This document shows, in pieces, positions 49,568 through 59,038 of a stretch of DNA of 64,000 bases. The notes below the pieces were generated by a model that made no database searches, was not told the DNA's origin, and saw only the letters and a list, made by a program, of their open reading frames with translations. Location: the NCBI GenBank assembly GCA_965116875.1, contig OZ220733.1, forward strand, positions 960,001-1,024,000, read 5' to 3'. The DNA is from Candidatus Latescibacterota bacterium. Its GTDB lineage: Bacteria > Latescibacterota > UBA2968 > GCA-2709665. The position numbers and the translations under genes are program-made. Numbering within the stretch: the first letter of the stretch is position 1; each line of letters starts with the position of its first letter.

Positions 49568-50926
49568 TCAGGTCTTGCGTTTCTGTTTCCTGGCTGCCGG
49601 GAACAGGATGTTATTCAGAATGAGGCGATATCCGGGAGAGTTCCTGCGCAACGCCAGTTCCGTGGGCGGATCTCCCACGAAATGGCGATAGTCTTCCGGG
49701 TCGTGTCCGGCGTAAAACGTAAACGTGCCCCGGCCGACGTTTCCGTGGATGTATTTGACCTGGTCCGTACCGCTGACCTCGCCCATAATGGTGACGGACT
49801 TCTTGATTCGGCTCCGGCGAAATGCCGTGGTCTGGCCCAGAAAACCCCGGACAACGGGCACGTGGTTCTGGGTGAGCATGGCGGGCACCGGATCGAATTT
49901 TGCCGAGAATTCAAACAGCGTGAATGCGTCTGCGTCGGGTCCGCGGAACTGTGCCCCGGTGGTTGGCGAGACGTCGATGTCCGCGTGTTCATATTCCATG
50001 GGGTCCGTGACCAGGGAAAAGTCCTCGAAGGCGATCGTCCTCGAATAATCCAATTTCGCCTGTGCGTCCGGGTCGGGCGGGTCTCCATCGTACACCGTAT
50101 CCACAATGTCTACGCCTGTCGCGGCCAGGGCAATGTCGAAGGTGTCCGTGGCGGAACACATGGCGAACACGAACCCGCCGCTGGAAATGTATTCCAGAAT
50201 GGCCCGGGCAACGGCGCGTTTCTCCACGGAGACCTTTCTGAAACCAAGGCGGTTGGCGAGGCTTTCAAACTGGGACTGCTGGCGTCGGTACCAGAGTTCG
50301 CGGCCATGGCTGCGGTAGAATTTCCCGTACTGACCGGTGAAATCTTCGTGGTGCAGATGCAGCCAGTCGTACTCGGAGAGCTTCCCCGACAGCACTTCCT
50401 CGTCCCACAGAATGTCGTAGGGAATCTCGGCGTAAGCCAGGGCCAGTGTGACGGCGTCGTCCCATGGTTGTTTGTTGGGCGGTGAATAGACTGCGATTTT
50501 CGGCGCCTTTTCAAGTCGAACAGAGCTCATGTTGCCCTGCTCGATCTCCGCATAGACTCGAACGGCTTCGGCTCCGCCGATGCGTTCGAAATCGACGTCG
50601 CGAAGTCGTCCCTCCCCGGCCGCCGATTCCACGTAGTCCATCATAAAGGCGCCGCCACGGTAGTTGAGCAGCCACTCCACCTCGATGTTATGCTGGAGCG
50701 CCCAGTAGGCGAGCCCGTAGGCCTTGAGATGATTCGCCTGCCCAAGATCCATCGGGACAAGCAGTTTGTCCGCGGCCGCGTTCGAAGAGGCTCCGAACAC
50801 GCACAGACCCAGGACCAGTGCCATGACAAGCGGGCCGGATGTCGTGCGGGGAGCGTTGTTGAAATTCAGCATCCCGCGCGGACGCGCGACGGAATCATCC
50901 CGGTACAGTCGGACCTGGACCTTCAC
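49568..50926 (-). CDS. Exported class-I GATase-like protein (family often auto-annotated as asparagine synthetase B); start uncertain
   Basis: NHLKAYG, WLLNYRGG, PWDDAVT, WLHLHHEDFTGQYGKF, FAMCSATD, GHDPEDY, SPGYRLILNN. Confidence 0.8.
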   Translation of the reverse strand: MKVQVRLYRDDSVARPRGMLNFNNAPRTTSGPLVMALVLGLCVFGASSNAAADKLLVPMDLGQANHLKAYGLAYWALQHNIEVEWLLNYRGGAFMMDYVESAAGEGRLRDVDFERIGGAEAVRVYAEIEQGNMSSVRLEKAPKIAVYSPPNKQPWDDAVTLALAYAEIPYDILWDEEVLSGKLSEYDWLHLHHEDFTGQYGKFYRSHGRELWYRRQQSQFESLANRLGFRKVSVEKRAVARAILEYISSGGFVFAMCSATDTFDIALAATGVDIVDTVYDGDPPDPDAQAKLDYSRTIAFEDFSLVTDPMEYEHADIDVSPTTGAQFRGPDADAFTLFEFSAKFDPVPAMLTQNHVPVVRGFLGQTTAFRRSRIKKSVTIMGEVSGTDQVKYIHGNVGRGTFTFYAGHDPEDYRHFVGDPPTELALRRNSPGYRLILNNILFPAARKQKRKT

Positions 50927-52753
50927 CTATCCTGGCTCCTTTCGGGTGGTGTCAAGGATTCTGATCTTTTCTCGAAGCGCCCGCACCTCTTCCCGGGCCT
51001 GTGCGGCCTCAAGGCTGTGCGGATATACCGACAGGACCGATTCGTAGGTTTTCAAGGCATCCCGGTATTGTCCGAGTCTCCTGTTGTAGATCCTGCCCAT
51101 GGTCACCATTGCGCCCGGGCACAGCGGGCTCCAGGGGACGCTTGCGAGCAGCCGCCGGGACATCAGAATGGCTTCGTTGTACCTGCCAAGCGTGTCCAGA
51201 AGCGCGATCTGACGCGCCAGCGCCCGATCCAGAAGACGCGACTTCGGGTGGGTTGCCGCAAACGCACGGAACGCGGCCAGGGCGGCGTCCGGCTGCTGCC
51301 GGCGAACGAGCCTTGAAGCCGATGCGAAGGATTGCAGCACCCCGTCTTCCTCCTCATCCGCATGCTCGAGCAGGACCGATAGCCCCAGCGCATCGTTGTA
51401 CGCGAATCTGTCTGACGAACCCGACAGCAGGCTGTCGATGACGGCGCGGGCGGCGTCGACGTTGCCGGACAGAAAATGACACTCGGCAATCCCGAAACGA
51501 GCCCGGGCGGCGTCTTCCCTGCCCTGCTGTTCACGGGCGACGCGGACGTAGACCGATCGGGCTTCTGCAAGCCGGTCCGAAACGACCAGTATGTCCGCGA
51601 TCTCGAAGAGGGCGTGGTAGCGCCAGGAAGTGCGCCTCTTCGCGCCGGCGACCGTGCGGAACGCATCCAGCGCCGCCGCGGTATCCCGATAGACCCGGCG
51701 CAAGAGCAGACCCAGCCGAAAACCGGCCTCATGGGCATAGAGGGTTCGGGGAAATCTGTCAATCAGGATCCGGTAAAGGGACGCCGCCGTGTCGACCTGC
51801 GAAAGGCCTTCGCTCGCCCTCCCCAGACCCAACATCGCTTCCGGTTGACGGCCGATCGCGTTGGCGCCGGCCAGGAGTATTTCATAGGCGTCGGCCGCCG
51901 TCGCGAAACGGCCGGCCTTGAAGGCGTGGCCGGCAACGCGGAACAGGTGCGCCACGTGATGCGGGCCGATGCGTGGAAACGTCGCAAAGACTCGCACCAC
52001 CCGTTCCTCGAGATCTGCCGCCAGTGCGTACTCCGTGAACAGCCTCAGGGCAATCTCGTCGCCCGGATGGTCCCGGGCCTCCCGGCTGAGCGTGGCGAGA
52101 ATCCGGTCCTGCTGGTCGCCCTCCCGCGCGAAGTGCCTGAAGCGCATCTCGACCTGCCCGAGCGATTGCGGCTGTTGGCGGACGAAGACCAGGTACTCTG
52201 CCACGGCATCAGGATACCGTTCGAGCCGTTCGGCGATTTCAGCCATCTGACCGGCGAACAGATGCGGGTTCTTCAGGACGTCGCGTCCCCGCCGGCAAAC
52301 GGACAGCGCCCGCGAAGGCAGGTTGTATCTGAGGAAGTTGCGCGCGACACGCTCGATCGTCCCCGTGTCGGCGGCGCCCGCCGCGATACGGTTCCAGTGT
52401 GCAATCGCTTCGTTCAGATTGCCCGTTTCGGATTGAATATCCGCCAGCCGGAATCGGACAGTCGAGTCCCGCGGCCTTTCCTGAAGATGGGACTCCAGGA
52501 GGCGAACGGCTTCACTGCGACGCCCCGTGCGGTAGAGGATGGACTCTACACGAAGGAGGATGTCAGCACGGTACGGATACCTCTTCAGAAGCTTCCGATA
52601 GAGTCGCAAAGCTTCTCTCAAGTCACCGGAGGCTTCCTTCGCGCTGGCCTGGCGGAGAGTTTCCCGTGCAGTGGCGGCGGGCAGATCCGGCGGAGCGAGC
52701 AGGAGAAGGATCAGAATTACGAGGGCGGTATATGATGGGAGCCAAATCTTCAT
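50927..52753 (-). CDS. Tetratricopeptide repeat protein, exported
   Basis: Signal peptide and multiple TPRs. Confidence 0.85.
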   Translation of the reverse strand: MKIWLPSYTALVILILLLLAPPDLPAATARETLRQASAKEASGDLREALRLYRKLLKRYPYRADILLRVESILYRTGRRSEAVRLLESHLQERPRDSTVRFRLADIQSETGNLNEAIAHWNRIAAGAADTGTIERVARNFLRYNLPSRALSVCRRGRDVLKNPHLFAGQMAEIAERLERYPDAVAEYLVFVRQQPQSLGQVEMRFRHFAREGDQQDRILATLSREARDHPGDEIALRLFTEYALAADLEERVVRVFATFPRIGPHHVAHLFRVAGHAFKAGRFATAADAYEILLAGANAIGRQPEAMLGLGRASEGLSQVDTAASLYRILIDRFPRTLYAHEAGFRLGLLLRRVYRDTAAALDAFRTVAGAKRRTSWRYHALFEIADILVVSDRLAEARSVYVRVAREQQGREDAARARFGIAECHFLSGNVDAARAVIDSLLSGSSDRFAYNDALGLSVLLEHADEEEDGVLQSFASASRLVRRQQPDAALAAFRAFAATHPKSRLLDRALARQIALLDTLGRYNEAILMSRRLLASVPWSPLCPGAMVTMGRIYNRRLGQYRDALKTYESVLSVYPHSLEAAQAREEVRALREKIRILDTTRKEPG

Positions 52754-55700
52754 CGGGCGGCTTCGCGTTTCAACGCGTCCTGCATCAAAGTCTCGAAGTA
52801 GCTGCGGATGAGTCGCCGGTACTCGGGGGCGAATCCCGCATCGAGCGCATCCCGGAGTCTTCTTCGAAGCGGGTTATCCGCTTCGCCCAGATCTGACGGC
52901 AACGAACCCGGACCCTGGTATGCAAGGTCGGCGCCTCTCCGGGCGCGTCGTTCACTGCTTCGGCCGCGTTCGCGAATCGATCGCTGCGCATCGAGCAGGC
53001 GTGAGAGAATTCTGCGCTGACGTTCAAGGGTACGGCTGCCTGCGCGGCGGTTCTTGATCTCCTGAATCACGGCCTCCATCTCAGAAGCGATATGGTCCAG
53101 GTCGCCGAGCAGCGCATGTCTGCGGCTGCCCATCTGCCGGCGAATTTCCCGCACCGCCTGCTGGATGGCTCGCTGTCGGGCCGCCATCTGCGCGAGGCTC
53201 ATTTGAAGACCCTGCTCCCCCGGCGACCGACGCGGCGAGTCAAGCGTGGATTCACTCATTTCGTTCAGGCCGGACTGCTGGTCGGCCAACTCCTGCATGC
53301 GCTGGAGCATTTCTTCCAGGCCCACGGAAGAACCGGCGGCGGAGATGTCCCTGATCGCCCTCCGAAGCGCCATCACGACGTCGTTCAGTGCGCCCATCGC
53401 GTCCTTGCCCGTGTCGGCAGCCCGGGAGCCTGCGCCGGCCTGGATATGACCCGCCGTCTCCCTGCCCCTGTTGAGCGCACGACCCAGCGCGGCGCCGGCT
53501 TCAGGCGTCACAAAATAGGTCATCTGTGCGGCTTCCATCAAGTGGTTCGCCAGGCGCGTTGCGCCGGCCAGGATACGGGCCTGCTCGATCGCCAGCGGCG
53601 CCGGATCGCTTTCCCGGGAGATTTCCCCGGCCTTGCGCGCGGTCTGTTCCTGCGCGGCTGAAAGTCCCAGCAGGTTGTGCGTCATCTGGTTGAGGCGTCG
53701 AATCATCGCTTCTTTCTGACGGTTGACGAAAGCCTTCCTGGCCGCCTGGAGCTCCTTCGCGAATCTTTCGAGGTCTCCGGTTATCCGTGCGCCGTGCGTT
53801 CTCGCCAACCCTGCTGACTTGCCGGACAGATGGCGACTGACGGCCCGCATGCGCCCGGGGATGCGCTGCGCTTCAAACCGGTCCGCGAGGCGTCCAAGTT
53901 CATCCGCCGCTTCGGGGAAATCACCCATTTTTCCGGCAGTCTCCCCAAGTTCATCCTCAAATGAACCGGTACGCCGAGCGATCGCGTCCTGCTGCACTGC
54001 AAGGGACGCAGGATCGTGCGGATCGCCGATGTTGTCAACCACGCGATGCTGCTCACGGGACAGTGCTTCCAGTGTTTGCGCCAGCGCCTCAAGGGTCTGT
54101 TCCGTTCGCAGCTGCCGCAGCAGGGCGATCGTCCGCTCCAGAGACTTTTGGAACCCGTCCTGTTCGCTGCGAAACCCCTTCAGGGCCTCCTCCACGGCTT
54201 TGGAATCGACGTGCTGCATTGCGTCTCGGAGTTCCTCCATAGCCTCCTTCAAACGCGGCGACTCGATTTCGGAGAGAAGTTCCTGAATCTGGTTCAGTTT
54301 CTGGAGGGTTTCGTCCCCCAGAAGTCCGCTCTGTTGCAACCTGTCGAGCGTATCTTCGAGTTTCCCGCTGACTTCTTCAAGCTTTTCCGAGGCAGCGGCC
54401 TGGTCATCGATCGCGGTTTCCAGTTCCTTTCCGTGTTGCCACTGCATCTGTCGTTCATTCAAAAGCCGTTGTGCGATCTCTTCCAGGCGTTCCCGTAACG
54501 CCTCTCCCTCTTCCCTGATGGCAGTCATCCGTTCCAAACCCTCTTCGTGAGCCTGTTGGGCCTGCCGGTGGATTTCCAGCAGAGACGGAAAGCGGATGGT
54601 GAACGCCGGTGTTTCCGTTATGCCCGGGCCGGAAACCGTGTTGCCGTCATACGCGCGCAGCCTGAAGACGACCCGATCGCCCGGCAGCAGGTCCAGGCCG
54701 GAGAGGTCCCACACGCAGGTCTGGGTGAGTTCTCCCGCGCCCGGGTTGTCCAGGGGAAAGGGAAGGGCTTCTTCACCCTCGCCGTCGTTGAGGCGGTAAC
54801 GGATTTCGATCCTTGAAACACCGAAGTCGTCCCGAGCCTCCACGAACAGGGGAACCCGCATATCTTCCCCCAGTTCGGTGTCTTTACCCGGTCGGAGCAG
54901 GCGTACTTCGGGAGGATGGTCCTGAAGGGCCACCACACGATATTCCACGGGATTCGCGCTGTCGATATCGTGCGTATCGCGCAACGAGATTGTGTATCGC
55001 CGATTCTTTCTGACGGTCAGATTGAATGAAGCGATATGTCCCTCGACCCGCGCCATTGAAGCAATGCTATCGTCGAAGACGAATTCAGCCGCACTCAACG
55101 GAAGACTGGACCGGACACGAAGTGCGGTCGAAGTTCCGGCGACGGCAACAATGTCACCGCCCTCGGCGTCGCGAACTTCCGCAAGCCCGGTATAGGCCGG
55201 ATAACGGTTGTCATGACGAATCCGGACGGCCATCGGCCGGGGCCTGGCGGTGACCTCGTAGACAGGGGTTACCACGTCGTTCGCACGAAGACGGTACTGG
55301 AACGACCGCGTCACCGCGGGAATCCTGTGTGCGATCCGTCCGTTGCGGACCGGAAGTTCAAGGGATGTCCATCCGTTGTCTTCCCGCTGTCCGATGTGAG
55401 CGCGCAGGGGTACGACACCGGATAATGCGGCCGTTATTGCGAGGGGCTCGCCCGCGATGAGTTCAACGCTCCCGGGATGGACGGAAAGGAACGTCTCGGG
55501 CGGACGGACGTAGCCCGTTGTCGGCGTGGCAAGCCGGCCGGCAGCCGCTGTAAGCGGTCCGGGAAGAATCGCAAACGCCGCGAGAATGACCAGGCCCAGC
55601 GCGCCGCAAAGGGCTGCCGCCCGCATGGGTTTGGAACGGGGAACCAGGGGATCCAGGTTCAGCTTTGCGAGAACCTCATCCGCCTGAATCACGGCGGCTT

Positions 55701-56085
55701 CGACCATGGGAGACGAATAGCTGGCGACTTTATCGGTACACCGGAGTTGCAATGCGCTGATCAGACGCTGCTGAAGGCCGCCGAATGCGTGTTCGACCTG
55801 CAATGCGACGTCTTCCGTTGATGGCAAAATGAAGATCGGGCGAAAGCAGTACACAACCGCAAGACAGGCCACTGCAAGCGCGGCGGCACCTTCCACGGCC
55901 ACCTTGACCGCCGGTGAGAGATACAGGGCGGATTCCAGAAGCAGGAGAACAAGAAAGCATGAGAGCGCACAGCACAACGTCAGTCCCGCGCCGTACAGGC
56001 TACGGGCGGCAACCTGCCTTTTCCGGAGCGCGGTCAGCCTGCCTGAAAGGCTCCGGTACGCGTCATTTGCAGATATTCCGGACAT
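52750..56085 (-). CDS. DUF4175 family membrane/coiled-coil protein
   Basis: N-terminal TMs, LISALQL, DHPPEV, ARDDFGV, long coiled coil, RQRRILSRLLDAQRS, YRRLIRSYF. Confidence 0.82.
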   Translation of the reverse strand: MSGISANDAYRSLSGRLTALRKRQVAARSLYGAGLTLCCALSCFLVLLLLESALYLSPAVKVAVEGAAALAVACLAVVYCFRPIFILPSTEDVALQVEHAFGGLQQRLISALQLRCTDKVASYSSPMVEAAVIQADEVLAKLNLDPLVPRSKPMRAAALCGALGLVILAAFAILPGPLTAAAGRLATPTTGYVRPPETFLSVHPGSVELIAGEPLAITAALSGVVPLRAHIGQREDNGWTSLELPVRNGRIAHRIPAVTRSFQYRLRANDVVTPVYEVTARPRPMAVRIRHDNRYPAYTGLAEVRDAEGGDIVAVAGTSTALRVRSSLPLSAAEFVFDDSIASMARVEGHIASFNLTVRKNRRYTISLRDTHDIDSANPVEYRVVALQDHPPEVRLLRPGKDTELGEDMRVPLFVEARDDFGVSRIEIRYRLNDGEGEEALPFPLDNPGAGELTQTCVWDLSGLDLLPGDRVVFRLRAYDGNTVSGPGITETPAFTIRFPSLLEIHRQAQQAHEEGLERMTAIREEGEALRERLEEIAQRLLNERQMQWQHGKELETAIDDQAAASEKLEEVSGKLEDTLDRLQQSGLLGDETLQKLNQIQELLSEIESPRLKEAMEELRDAMQHVDSKAVEEALKGFRSEQDGFQKSLERTIALLRQLRTEQTLEALAQTLEALSREQHRVVDNIGDPHDPASLAVQQDAIARRTGSFEDELGETAGKMGDFPEAADELGRLADRFEAQRIPGRMRAVSRHLSGKSAGLARTHGARITGDLERFAKELQAARKAFVNRQKEAMIRRLNQMTHNLLGLSAAQEQTARKAGEISRESDPAPLAIEQARILAGATRLANHLMEAAQMTYFVTPEAGAALGRALNRGRETAGHIQAGAGSRAADTGKDAMGALNDVVMALRRAIRDISAAGSSVGLEEMLQRMQELADQQSGLNEMSESTLDSPRRSPGEQGLQMSLAQMAARQRAIQQAVREIRRQMGSRRHALLGDLDHIASEMEAVIQEIKNRRAGSRTLERQRRILSRLLDAQRSIRERGRSSERRARRGADLAYQGPGSLPSDLGEADNPLRRRLRDALDAGFAPEYRRLIRSYFETLMQDALKREAAR

Positions 56086-56164
56086 AGTTTTGGGATACGC
56101 CGCTATTGTCGCGAGGGACCGACGCCGCGGAACCCGCAGTTCGGCTCCTCACCCGGCCGTGCGG

Positions 56165-56887
56165 TCAGTGCGTGAGCGCCCAGACGACGACGTTCGTCCC
56201 CATCTTCAAGGCGGCATCCCGTTTTTCCGGCGGGTCGTCGTGTACCGCGGCATCGTTCCAACCGTCCCCCAGGTCGCACTCGTAATTGTAAAACACGACA
56301 AGCCGTCCCTCGTGAAAGATGCCAAATGCCTGCGGTCGTTTACCGTCGTGTTCGTGGATCTTGGGCAGGCCGTCCGGAAACGGGAAGTGCGATTGAAAGA
56401 TGCCGAATGAAGGCGGCAATTCAACCAGCTCTTTATCGGGGAAGGTTCTCTTGATTTCACGACGAAACGCTTTGTCGAGTCCGTAGTCGTCGTTGGCAAA
56501 GAGGAAGCCTCCGTGTTCAAGATAGGTGCGAAGGCGCATGACTTCATCCTCGGCAAATCGGATATTTCCGTGACCGGTGAGGTACAGAACGGGATAGGCG
56601 AACAGGTCCTCGTCCATGATTTCGACCCTGGCTTCCCGTTCCGCCGTGTGGATCCTCGTTCGGCTTCGGATGAAGGCAAGAAGGTTGGGAATCTCGGTGG
56701 GCCCGTTGTACCAGTCGCCGCCGCCGCCGAATTTGAGCCTCGCCATCGTGAACGATGCGGGAGGATCGGGCAGTTGTGCCGGACAGCGGCCGGCGCCGAA
56801 CGTCATCAGGCAGATCAATACGCAGCCTGCGCCCCATCGGGCGGATCGACCGGCGGCGACATTGCGCGTATCGTCAGCGTCCATCAT
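56165..56887 (-). CDS. DUF4159 domain protein
   Basis: ARLKFGGGGDWY, YLTGHG, GGFLFANDDYG, LPKIHEHDG, DLGDGW. Confidence 0.92.
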   Translation of the reverse strand: MMDADDTRNVAAGRSARWGAGCVLICLMTFGAGRCPAQLPDPPASFTMARLKFGGGGDWYNGPTEIPNLLAFIRSRTRIHTAEREARVEIMDEDLFAYPVLYLTGHGNIRFAEDEVMRLRTYLEHGGFLFANDDYGLDKAFRREIKRTFPDKELVELPPSFGIFQSHFPFPDGLPKIHEHDGKRPQAFGIFHEGRLVVFYNYECDLGDGWNDAAVHDDPPEKRDAALKMGTNVVVWALTH

Positions 56888-56934
56888 TTCTGAGACCTGC
56901 CTCCCGTTTCAGCGATTCCCGGGCCGCGTGAGAA

Positions 56935-56975
56935 CACTTCGACAAGCCGTTTCGACAAACTCAACGCAGGCACCA
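56935..56975. repeat. Degenerate nested TTCGACAA REP-like unit
   Basis: CTTCGACAAGCCGTTTCGACAAACTCAACG, resembling the units near 2221 and 6677. Confidence 0.4.
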
Positions 56976-57053
56976 CAAGCAACGCGGCGAGAACGGATGA
57001 ACGGTGATTTCGTTCCGGGAAGGGACACGATACGAGAAGTGCCGGGATTCCGG

Positions 57054-57413
57054 TCAGTCGGATTCGATATGCAGCAATGGGTCGGACCGGTCCGGTACGG
57101 GCTTCTTTTCAAAACTGAACGTGCAATCGAATTTCACATCGGCAAGGCATCTCTCGTCGATCGGAAACGCGTTACACTGGAGCGGCCGGTTCTCGTAGAT
57201 GCTGCAGACCGAGAATCCATCGTCCTGTTTGACAAGGAAGGGACATTTGAACAGGATTTCGCAACAGTTTCCGCACCGGTTGCACTCACCCGCAAGCAGC
57301 GTTGCCTGCTCAGCAACATAGGACTTACGGAAGTGGACCAGGAACAGGCGGCGGACTTTCCCCGCGGCCTGTCGCGCCTTGAACGGCAATTTCATGTATG
57401 TGCTGAACTCCAT
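57054..57413 (-). CDS. CxxCxxCC cysteine-cluster (YkgJ-like) protein
   Basis: CNRCGNCC, CPFL, CSIYENRPLQCNAFP. Confidence 0.8.
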   Translation of the reverse strand: MEFSTYMKLPFKARQAAGKVRRLFLVHFRKSYVAEQATLLAGECNRCGNCCEILFKCPFLVKQDDGFSVCSIYENRPLQCNAFPIDERCLADVKFDCTFSFEKKPVPDRSDPLLHIESD

Positions 57414-57430
57414 CTGTCACAGAGTTGAAA

Positions 57431-58942
57431 TCAGGGAACTTCGCGCCTGTCCCCCGATGATTCCCCTGCCCTTACGCCCACCGGCTTCTGCAGCTGAAAG
57501 AGTTGGCGGATTTCCTGCCACTCTCCAGACTCAAGGAAATTCCATCCCCACAGAATGAACGGATAGGCCAGCAACAGAATACAACGGGTGACAATGCCGG
57601 TGGGACTGGCATCGGGTGCAAATCCGGATACGCTGATAAAGACGATCCCGCCGGCGACCCCGACCTTGGCAAGCCTGGCGTACTCGTAGGCGACCGGATA
57701 GAATCGTCGCGTGTGGAGATACAGAAAAACGACCATGACACCGTAGGCGGCCAGTGTGCTCCAGGCTGCGCCGAGTACCCCCATACGCGGGATGAGCAAG
57801 AGGTTGAATCCCACGTTGACGCCCGCGCCCACGCCCACGACAAGCGGCAGCATGCGCGAACGGCCCTCCGCGTACACGCCGGCCGTCAATATAATGTACA
57901 GGCCGGACAACAGGAAAGCAAGGGTTACGATGGGAATGACCCCCTGCGCCGGCAGGTATTCCGCGGCTCTGCTCCCGCAGCCCAGCAGGATGAGATCACG
58001 TGCGAAGGTGGACAACACCAGAAGCAGCAGGGTTGCTCCCGCCGCATAATAGGTGGTCATCCGGGCCACAACGGCGCGGGCCTCGGCCCGATCCGGAATG
58101 GCCAGGACGCCAGGCGCCCACGCGGCGCGAAAAACACGAGTAAGCATTTGCATGGGGAGGCAGAACCGGAAGAGGATTTGCAGGATCCCTACGGGGTCCT
58201 TTCCAAGGAAGAACTTCAGCAGCAGGCGGTCGGACAGATTAATCAGAAGCAGTGCAGCGGCAGAGGGGACAAAGGGCAGACCAAAACGCAGAAGTTCCCT
58301 CAGGGTCGAAGTCGAATAGACGGGCTTGAGGACGCGGAACCCGATCGGGCAAAGCGCCAGAAAGGCAAAGGCGGAACTGACCAGGTTGCTCCAGAAGATC
58401 GCGCGTACTCCGTTGCCTTCCCAGGCGATCAGGTAAACGGTGAGGCCGAGCTGCAGCGTGTGCTGAACGAACCGTACCGACGCGTACGTTCCGGACCTCT
58501 GCCGCACCCTGCACAAAGTGAAAAAGGGCTCGGACAGGGTATCCAGCAAGAGTATGACCGCGACAATCTGAAAGATATCGGCGTAGGACGTGGAATTGAG
58601 AAACACGATGGCCAGACGAGCCGCAGAATTCCATACCAGGAAAGTCAGCACGATGCCCAATGCCGTTAGCGTCCAGTATGCCGTGCTGAACTTGAGGGAT
58701 ATGTCTTCGGAGCGGCGTTCGACCGAGAGGTGGCGTACGAGTCCGTGGTTCAAACCCAGGGCGTACAGGAGAACACTGAAACTGACAAATGCGTACGCGA
58801 GCGCCATGTCGCCGTTTTCGGATGGCGAAAGCAGGCGGGCGTAGACCGGTACGAGAAGGATGCCGGTCGCCTTTCCGAGCAGGTCGCCCATTCCGTAGAC
58901 GGCGGTGTGTCTTGCGAGCGATTTGACGTGTCGGAAGCGCAT
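57431..58942 (-). CDS. Oligosaccharide flippase (Wzx/MOP family)
   Basis: LARHTAVYG, LLVPVYARLL, LLRFGLPFVP, SDRLLL, LIPRMGVLGAAWSTL; multi-TM. Confidence 0.88.
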   Translation of the reverse strand: MRFRHVKSLARHTAVYGMGDLLGKATGILLVPVYARLLSPSENGDMALAYAFVSFSVLLYALGLNHGLVRHLSVERRSEDISLKFSTAYWTLTALGIVLTFLVWNSAARLAIVFLNSTSYADIFQIVAVILLLDTLSEPFFTLCRVRQRSGTYASVRFVQHTLQLGLTVYLIAWEGNGVRAIFWSNLVSSAFAFLALCPIGFRVLKPVYSTSTLRELLRFGLPFVPSAAALLLINLSDRLLLKFFLGKDPVGILQILFRFCLPMQMLTRVFRAAWAPGVLAIPDRAEARAVVARMTTYYAAGATLLLLVLSTFARDLILLGCGSRAAEYLPAQGVIPIVTLAFLLSGLYIILTAGVYAEGRSRMLPLVVGVGAGVNVGFNLLLIPRMGVLGAAWSTLAAYGVMVVFLYLHTRRFYPVAYEYARLAKVGVAGGIVFISVSGFAPDASPTGIVTRCILLLAYPFILWGWNFLESGEWQEIRQLFQLQKPVGVRAGESSGDRREVP

Positions 58943-59038
58943 GGGCAATACGCGGCCATCCCTCTTTGTCAGATGCGGGCACGACGTCCGCAACTCCAGG
59001 CGCCGCCAACGTCGTGCGGAGTCGGTTGGTTTGGACGT

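Noticed and set aside
49568-50926. True asparagine synthetase B
   Set aside because: No N-terminal Cys Ntn domain or SGGLDS PP-loop; has a signal-peptide-like segment.
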